From NCBI GenBank assembly GCA_965116495.1, contig OZ220696.1:3648001-3712000 (forward strand): a stretch of DNA of 64,000 nucleotides, in the 5' to 3' direction. The notes under the pieces were generated by a model. It was given only the letters and a program-made list of their open reading frames with translations, was not told where the DNA came from and searched no databases. Of this stretch, positions 57,829 to 64,000 are shown piece after piece; positions within the stretch are counted from its first letter, which is position 1, and every line of letters starts with the position of its first letter. A program made the position numbers and the translations under genes. This DNA is from Gammaproteobacteria bacterium. Its GTDB lineage: Bacteria > Pseudomonadota > Gammaproteobacteria > Eutrophobiales > Eutrophobiaceae.

Positions 57829-59922
57829 TTAACTTCCGTTCTCTGACGGGTAGATCAGCAGGGAGCCGTTGGTGTTGAGGGCGACTTCCGTTCTGGAGTC
57901 GATCACTGCCGTGGTGACCGGTGACTCGACCAGCAGCGGGCCGGGGTAGCGGCGCCCGGTTTCCAGGTCCTGTACCTGGTAGACCGGTGTGTCGATGACG
58001 CCCGTATCCGGGAAATAGGCCCTGCGTGTGCCGCCTGCGCCGCTGCGTCCCGGCGCCGAGGGCGGTTTCAGGGCATCCGCATCCTGCAGGGCGCAGCTGA
58101 CGTGCGCGACCCAGGTCAATACTTCCACGTCCGAACCGGTGTCGCGTACCGCGAACAGCGCGTCGTGGGTGTCGTGGAAGTTTTCGACCAGGGCCGCGAC
58201 ATCCTCATCGGAAGTAAATTCCGGGCGCGCCAGCGGGACTTCAATCTCCCATACCTGTTCCTGGTAACGGGCCTCTACGGAGAAGGTAATCTCGGAACGA
58301 ATCGACCCGGCGCCCGGACCGTCGCAGAACTCCCTGCACTGGCCCATGAGCCCGTCCAGCACGGCATTTGCCCGGTCGCGGTCAAATACCCTGGTGGACA
58401 TGAGTTCGGTCGCGGTGAAGGTGGCGCGCAGGTCCGACAGCATTGCGCCGGTTGCGCTCAACGCCGCGGAAGCGCTGGGAATAAGCACCGGCCAGCAGCC
58501 GAGCCGGCGGGCGATCCCGGTACAATACAGCCCGCCCCCGCCGCCGCCGCCGATGAGCAGGCCCTGGCGCGGGTCTATGCCTTTATTCAGGGTAATTTCC
58601 TCGATGGCGGTGACCATGCGTTCCGTCGCCAGGGTCAGGATTGCCGAGGATGCCTCGTTCAGGTCAAGCCCCAGCGGTTCTGCAACGTCGCGCCGGATGA
58701 CGCCGGCGGCCGGTTCGGCGGCGACCTCGATTTCGCCGCCCAGGAAGTAGTCCGGGTCCAGGTAACCCAGCACGAGACACGCGTCGGTCACCGTCGGCCG
58801 GTCGCCGCCGCGCTGGTAACAGGCAGGACCGGGATCGGCCCCTGCGCTCATGGGCCCGACGTGCAGCATGCCGCCCGAGTCGACCCAGGCGATGCTGCCC
58901 CCGCCGGCGCCGACGCTGCGCACGTCCACGGACGGGAAGCCGGTCATGTAACCGGCCGTCTGGTCGCCCACCATGGTCTCGCGGGTGGTCGGGATCTCGC
59001 CGTCGCGCAGCAGGCTGACGTCGAAGGTGGTGCCGCCGGCGTCGGTGACGATGGCGGTCATGCCGCCGCCGTCCAGCGCGGCAAAGTGCCGGCCTGCGAC
59101 CGGCGCGCCGGCCGGTCCCGACCCGATCGAATGGATCGGGGTCTCTGCCACGTGCCCCGCATCGAGCACGCCGCCGGATGATGTCATGATCAGCAGTCGA
59201 CCCTTGAAGCCGTTAGTCCTCAGTTCTTCTTCGAGGTGGTGGAAGAAGCGGCTCATCAGCGGCTTCAATGAGGCGTCTATGGCGGTCGACGAGGTGCGCC
59301 GGTACTCGCGTACCGACGGGTTGAGCCGGCTGGAAAGCGTATACGGCACACCGGGGAGTTCCCGTTCCAGCAACTCGCCGATGCGTTCCTCATGGCGGTT
59401 GTTGATCATCGACCACAACAGGCACACGGCGACCGCCTCGACCTCCGCCTCGCGCAGGCGGGCGATCACTTCCAGCGCCTGCTGCTCATCCAGCGCGGTG
59501 AGCGCTGCGCCGGCGGCGGAGAGACGCTCACGGATCTCGAACGTCAGCGCCCGCGGGATATAAGGCTCCGGATATTCCTGGCTGTAGTCGAACAGGGTGC
59601 GGCGTCCGCCACCCTCGCGCAGCAGCAGGATGTCCGGGTGGCCCTCGGTGACCAGCAGTGCGGTGCGCGCGGTGCTGCTGGTGACGATCGCATTGGTTGC
59701 CAGGGTGGTGCCGAACACGAACAGGTCGCTGCGTTCCAGCAGGTTCGTGACACTGCTGTTCATGTCGGCCGCGGCCGCGCCGAGCGTGTCGAACAGGCCG
59801 GTGACCGGGTCGGCCGGTGTGGTGGGGCGCTTGTACAGCCGCGCCGCGCCGCCGGCGCTGTTGACGACCAGGTCGGTAAAGGTGCCGCCGGTATCGGCTG
59901 CAAAAGTCAGGCGGGTTGCCAT
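57829..59922 (-). CDS. Hydantoinase A/oxoprolinase family
   Basis: DTGGTFTD, GTTLATNA, SGPAG, DAGGTTFD, GAGGGSIA, SAGADPGPACY. Confidence 0.93.
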   Translation of the reverse strand: MATRLTFAADTGGTFTDLVVNSAGGAARLYKRPTTPADPVTGLFDTLGAAAADMNSSVTNLLERSDLFVFGTTLATNAIVTSSTARTALLVTEGHPDILLLREGGGRRTLFDYSQEYPEPYIPRALTFEIRERLSAAGAALTALDEQQALEVIARLREAEVEAVAVCLLWSMINNRHEERIGELLERELPGVPYTLSSRLNPSVREYRRTSSTAIDASLKPLMSRFFHHLEEELRTNGFKGRLLIMTSSGGVLDAGHVAETPIHSIGSGPAGAPVAGRHFAALDGGGMTAIVTDAGGTTFDVSLLRDGEIPTTRETMVGDQTAGYMTGFPSVDVRSVGAGGGSIAWVDSGGMLHVGPMSAGADPGPACYQRGGDRPTVTDACLVLGYLDPDYFLGGEIEVAAEPAAGVIRRDVAEPLGLDLNEASSAILTLATERMVTAIEEITLNKGIDPRQGLLIGGGGGGGLYCTGIARRLGCWPVLIPSASAALSATGAMLSDLRATFTATELMSTRVFDRDRANAVLDGLMGQCREFCDGPGAGSIRSEITFSVEARYQEQVWEIEVPLARPEFTSDEDVAALVENFHDTHDALFAVRDTGSDVEVLTWVAHVSCALQDADALKPPSAPGRSGAGGTRRAYFPDTGVIDTPVYQVQDLETGRRYPGPLLVESPVTTAVIDSRTEVALNTNGSLLIYPSENGS

Positions 59923-60012
59923 TACAATTCAGCCCCCCGGAAGCAGGGGGCGGAATTTGATTCCGTCCCCTTCCTGGTTGGCGCGCTATGCAGGTCGGGG
60001 TTGCTCACGGCA

Positions 60013-60735
60013 TCATAACTCCGTCTCGTGGTGCAGGTGGAACTCGGGTATGACGGTGGCCGGGTCCTGGCGCAGGCAGAACGCGACCGCGCGGGCCACT
60101 GCGTCCGGGTCCAGCCAGCCTCGCTCCGGGTCCCATTGTTCGGACTCGTGCGCCATGGGGGTTTCGGTGCGTCCCGGGGTGATTGCGGTCACCCTGATTG
60201 AAGTGTCCTTGAGGTCCTGCGCCGCCGTGTGGGCCAGGCCGAGTATCCCCCACTTGCTGGCGCAGTAGGCGCTGCTGTGGCGCGCGCCGCGCCGTCCGGC
60301 TATCGACGAGATGAAGATGAGCCGTCCCTCATCGTGTTTCAGCATGCTCTGGCGCAGCACTTCCCGGGTACACAGGAATTCGCCGCGCAGGTTGACGGCC
60401 ATGGTCTTGTCCCAGGTTTCCGTGCCCGTCTCCCATAGCGGCGCCACCAGCCGGATACCCGCATTGTTTACCAGGGCGTGAATCTGTCCGAAGGTTGCGA
60501 CCGCGTTTCCCACCGCGGCGGTGACGTCCGCCTCGGCGGAAACGTCTGCAGGGAGGGGCAGGGTGGCAACGCCGTGGCGGCGCTGCAGGCCGGCAAGCGC
60601 GTCGTTCAGTTCGTCTTTGCGCGTATCCATACCGGCGATCTTCATGCCGGCGCCTGCCAGTTCCGAGGCGATGTGCAGGCCGAGGCCGCGGGCAGCCCCG
60701 CTAACCAGTGCGACGCGGCCCGCGAGATCGACCAT
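60013..60735 (-). CDS. Short-chain dehydrogenase/reductase
   Basis: SGAARGLG, NNAG, YCASK. Confidence 0.92.
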   Translation of the reverse strand: MVDLAGRVALVSGAARGLGLHIASELAGAGMKIAGMDTRKDELNDALAGLQRRHGVATLPLPADVSAEADVTAAVGNAVATFGQIHALVNNAGIRLVAPLWETGTETWDKTMAVNLRGEFLCTREVLRQSMLKHDEGRLIFISSIAGRRGARHSSAYCASKWGILGLAHTAAQDLKDTSIRVTAITPGRTETPMAHESEQWDPERGWLDPDAVARAVAFCLRQDPATVIPEFHLHHETEL

Positions 60736-61070
60736 TACGACAGCCCCAGGTCGGACAGTGGCCGTCCCATGCGCACGTCGATCTTGATGTACCTGGAGAG
60801 TGGCTTCTCGCCGCGGCGGAACTGGTCGACCACGTCGATCATGATCTCATGGCTGGGCGCATCGCACATGACGTAAAATGTCCATGGATAGCCCAGCGTC
60901 GGCCCGATCTGGAGCTGATCATCATCCATTGATGCGAGCACTTCGATCCCGTAGCGTTCCTTCCAGCCGCCGAACACTTCCTGGCATTTGCTGAAGACAT
61001 AACTTTTGTCCTCTGCGGAAGCGTCAAAGAAAGCCGGCAAGACACCGGCGCAAACCAGAACTCGTACCAT
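60735..61070 (-). CDS. IacB-like protein (indole-3-acetate catabolism family)
   Basis: RVL.C.G...FFDA...MDDDQ..IGP..G.PWT.Y...D.P...FR...RY.K...R.GR.L matches my recollection of IacB. Confidence 0.65.
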   Translation of the reverse strand: MVRVLVCAGVLPAFFDASAEDKSYVFSKCQEVFGGWKERYGIEVLASMDDDQLQIGPTLGYPWTFYVMCDAPSHEIMIDVVDQFRRGEKPLSRYIKIDVRMGRPLSDLGLS

Positions 61071-61191
61071 GCGTCACTCCTTAAGTTATAAAATAATTGG
61101 GACAGACCCCGCTTGATTACAGACCCTGTTTTATTTCCAGGTTGTTAATACCTGCAGGTGATGACCAGTAATGGGGGACAGACCCCATATG

Positions 61192-61470
61192 TCACCTGTA
61201 GGTGATGATCAGCGCGATCACGGTCACACTGATAATCGCGCTCAGCGTCATGCAGATCAACAGGACGGTGCTGCGCTTGAAGTAGCCCTCCACCGCAAAC
61301 GCGGCCTGCACCGCGGCATAAATCACGAACATCTGGATCGCCAGACCCTCGGTCACCTGGGTCTGAATCAGCCTGACCAGTTGCGGCAGCATCGCGCCGA
61401 CATTGATTATCCCCATGGTCCAGATGATAACCGGCCAGTGTATTGTTTTTGCAAATTCATCGCGGGTCAT
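61192..61470 (-). CDS. PQ-loop/SemiSWEET-like small transporter
   Basis: Three TMs, MLPQL motif. Confidence 0.7.
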   Translation of the reverse strand: MTRDEFAKTIHWPVIIWTMGIINVGAMLPQLVRLIQTQVTEGLAIQMFVIYAAVQAAFAVEGYFKRSTVLLICMTLSAIISVTVIALIITYR

Positions 61471-61621
61471 GGTTACGCTCTCCTCTTTATGTCTGGTTCG
61501 TCACGGCCCAAATCAACCGGGGCTGTCCCCATGGATACTACCCAATTCATGGGTGTCCCAAATTAACGAAAAATCGTAATTCATGGGTGTCCCAAATTTG
61601 ATGAGTCTGACCTTGTTTAAT

Positions 61622-63193
61622 TTATCCATCTCGGTCCCAGGTTTCCGGGCCTACTCCCCACTCCTTAAGCATATACTTTTTTATTTTCCCGTTCTCGGTT
61701 AACGGCAGTTCGTCCACGTATTGCAGGTAGCGCGGGACTGCGAAACGGGCGAGACGGTCTTCGAGATAACGGATTACGGCATCCGGATCAGGCAGGTTGC
61801 CGTCGAGCGGGACGATGAACGCCATTACGTCTTCTTCGCCTACCTCTGCCGGGACTCCGACCACTGCGGTGCTTTTGATGTCCGGGTGGGACAGCAATGC
61901 CTGTTCAACCTCCCAGGAGGAGATATTCTCGCCGCGGCGGCGGATGGAATCCTTGATACGGTCGAGAAAGTGGTAGATCCCCTGGTCGTCCCGGAGCACG
62001 CGGTCGCCGGTATGGAACCAGAGGTTGCGCCAGGCCGTTGCCGTCGCCCCGGGGTTGCCGAAATAGCCGTTGGCGACGCTGAATGGTTCGCTATGGCGGA
62101 TGACAAGTTCCCCGGCGGCGCCGGCGGCGACTTCGCTGTCGTTTTCATCGACTATCCGTACCTCGAAGCCGGGCACGACGCGCCCCATTGTCCCGGGCGC
62201 ATAGCCGCCGATCGTGTTCGACATGACCAGGTTGGTTTCCGTGGAGCCGTAGCCTTCGATAAGCCGAATGCCGAAGCGTTGATAAAACTGCTCCACGAGT
62301 TCCGGTGAAGTTGCCGGTGACAAGCCGACGCGGATGCTGTGTGCGCGGTCTGCCGCTCCCGGCGGACTCTTGAGCAGGATAAACACCATGGCGCCCAGGA
62401 GGTAAGTTACCGTTGCGCCGGCCTGACGCGCCTGGTCCCAGAACTGCGAAGCGGAGAAGCGTTCGCCGAAACTGAATGTCGCACCGGCCAGCAAGGCTTG
62501 CCACATGGTATTCAAGGCATTGGTATGGAAGAACGGCAATACCGTGAACAGCACGTCGTCCGAGGTAACGTCCAGCGCCTCCCCGGTCAGCACCCCCCAC
62601 CAGAAGAACTGGGCATGGGGGCATATCACGCCCTTGGAAGGCCCGCTTGTGCCGGACGTGTACAGGATTGCTACCGGGTCGCCGGGTGGCGCCGCATGGG
62701 CGGCAAGCGGTTCACCGGGCGGTGGCAGTGGGGCGGCGGGCAGGCCGCCGTTCATATCCGTTGCCGCGCCGGTGATGCAGATACGGGTAGCGATTACCGG
62801 CCGGACAACCGGGTCGTGCAGGTGTTCAAGCAATTGCCGGTCGGTGACGATCAGCGCCGGGTCCGCCAGCGTCAGGGCATGGCGTAACTGTGCGCCGCGA
62901 AACTCGGTATTGATGGGCACCAGCACCGCGCCCAGCCAGGCCGCGCCGAACCAGAGTTCTATCAGGTCCATGCTATTGGGCAGGAACGCGATGACCCGGT
63001 CTCCTACCTGTACGCCGGCGGCCGCGAGACGTCCGGCGCTGCGTGCGGCAATATCCGGCGCCCCGGCATAAGTGATGGAGCGGGATGCAGATGCTATCAA
63101 CGTCTTGTCACCGCGGCGCGCCGCCTGGAGGCTGAGTATCCGGGGTAATGTGCGGCTGGCGTAGGGTATTGATCGGGCTTGTTCAGCGCTCAT
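61622..63193 (-). CDS. ATP-dependent acyl-CoA ligase (CaiC-like)
   Basis: YTSGTSGPSKG, YGSTE, TGD, RRRGENISS, GKIKK. Confidence 0.92.
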   Translation of the reverse strand: MSAEQARSIPYASRTLPRILSLQAARRGDKTLIASASRSITYAGAPDIAARSAGRLAAAGVQVGDRVIAFLPNSMDLIELWFGAAWLGAVLVPINTEFRGAQLRHALTLADPALIVTDRQLLEHLHDPVVRPVIATRICITGAATDMNGGLPAAPLPPPGEPLAAHAAPPGDPVAILYTSGTSGPSKGVICPHAQFFWWGVLTGEALDVTSDDVLFTVLPFFHTNALNTMWQALLAGATFSFGERFSASQFWDQARQAGATVTYLLGAMVFILLKSPPGAADRAHSIRVGLSPATSPELVEQFYQRFGIRLIEGYGSTETNLVMSNTIGGYAPGTMGRVVPGFEVRIVDENDSEVAAGAAGELVIRHSEPFSVANGYFGNPGATATAWRNLWFHTGDRVLRDDQGIYHFLDRIKDSIRRRGENISSWEVEQALLSHPDIKSTAVVGVPAEVGEEDVMAFIVPLDGNLPDPDAVIRYLEDRLARFAVPRYLQYVDELPLTENGKIKKYMLKEWGVGPETWDRDG

Positions 63194-63365
63194 GTGCTCT
63201 CCGGATTCAAGTTACCGCCATACTGGACTCAGATTACCGTCATACTGGCGTAAGCCAGTATCCAGTAATTAATCATTTTCCCACCCCATGAAACTAGCAA
63301 TCCTCAGGTGGACATTCTAATCACAATTTGTGATATTGAATCATCATGAAAAACTATCCCTATGA

Positions 63366-64000
63366 TCAAACGGTCTGGACCAGGTCATGCAGAAGAGTAC
63401 GGAACCATACGTGTCCTGCATCGTCGTCCAGGTGCTTGTGCCACATCTGGTAGACAGGGACTGGGTGCGAAAATACCGGGTTGGGACAGATCGCAAGATT
63501 CATTTGCCTGGCATAGTTGTGTGCCAGCCGTTGCGGCAGGCAGGCAACCAGATCGGTGTTGGCCACTATGCCGGGCATTGCCAGCAGGTGGGATACTTCG
63601 GTTACGACCTTGCGCTGCAGGTCCTGTCTCTCCAGTTCCCGCTCGATCATGGGGATGTGCGTGCGCGTCGGCCGCAGGGCAACGTGTTCCAGTTCGAGAA
63701 AATCGTCCAGTGACAGGCCGGCATTGACTTTCGGGTGGTCTCTACGGGCTACACAGTAGCTCCGGTCCTGGAAGATCAGTTCCACGTGGTACTGGGGATC
63801 GTCAATCCTGACCCAGTCCCAGACCAGGTCAACCGTCCCGGACCGCAGCTCGGGTCGCAGTGTCGCGCCGGGTTCGGGGAGACAGACGACTTCCACCCCC
63901 GGTGCGCTGATGTTCAATTCACTGATGATATAGGGCAGGAAGTGCAGTTCGCCGTAGTCGGTCAAGGCGACGGTAAACTGGCGGTGCAGGGACTCGGGCC
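63366..64000 (-). CDS. LysR-family regulator, substrate-binding domain (5'-truncated)
   Basis: TDYGE...LP, LRSGTVDL, Q.WH...D.G..WFR. Confidence 0.85.
   Translation of the reverse strand, partial: PESLHRQFTVALTDYGELHFLPYIISELNISAPGVEVVCLPEPGATLRPELRSGTVDLVWDWVRIDDPQYHVELIFQDRSYCVARRDHPKVNAGLSLDDFLELEHVALRPTRTHIPMIERELERQDLQRKVVTEVSHLLAMPGIVANTDLVACLPQRLAHNYARQMNLAICPNPVFSHPVPVYQMWHKHLDDDAGHVWFRTLLHDLVQTV

Overview
Bacterial DNA, probably gammaproteobacterial (inferred from fabA-fabB, ispG and the type I secretion genes; a host-associated or marine lifestyle is only a guess). 1-27 kb is an accessory, heavily rearranged island. It holds three large RTX/PPC-domain Ca-binding proteins, their T1SS (ABC, MFP, TolC), a Cre/XerD-like tyrosine recombinase and about 11 short coiled-coil genes in four families, three of which vary in tandem-repeat number. 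Eight TGTGA-N6-TCACA boxes lie in front of these small genes. The most striking features are two 101-nt tRNA-Leu-scaffold genes carrying Asp (GTC) and Gly (GCC) anticodons. Each is fully overlapped by an antisense promoter-terminator unit. 27-45 kb is core and lipid metabolism: fabB, fabA, ispG, acs, a PhaE'-PhaC fusion, a hopanoid/squalene cluster and a HicA-type TA pair. 45-64 kb is a catabolic cluster: TonB receptor, amidohydrolase, SnoaL-cytochrome c, Tat flavoprotein, PQQ dehydrogenase, RdhA/QueG-like protein, hydantoinase A/B, SDR, IacB-like, SemiSWEET, CoA ligase and LysR. Two dispersed repeat families pervade intergenic DNA: a 21-bp imperfect palindrome in mini-arrays, often with 13-nt spacers, and CGTC-type REP hairpins. 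All calls come from reading motifs by eye; no database searches were run.
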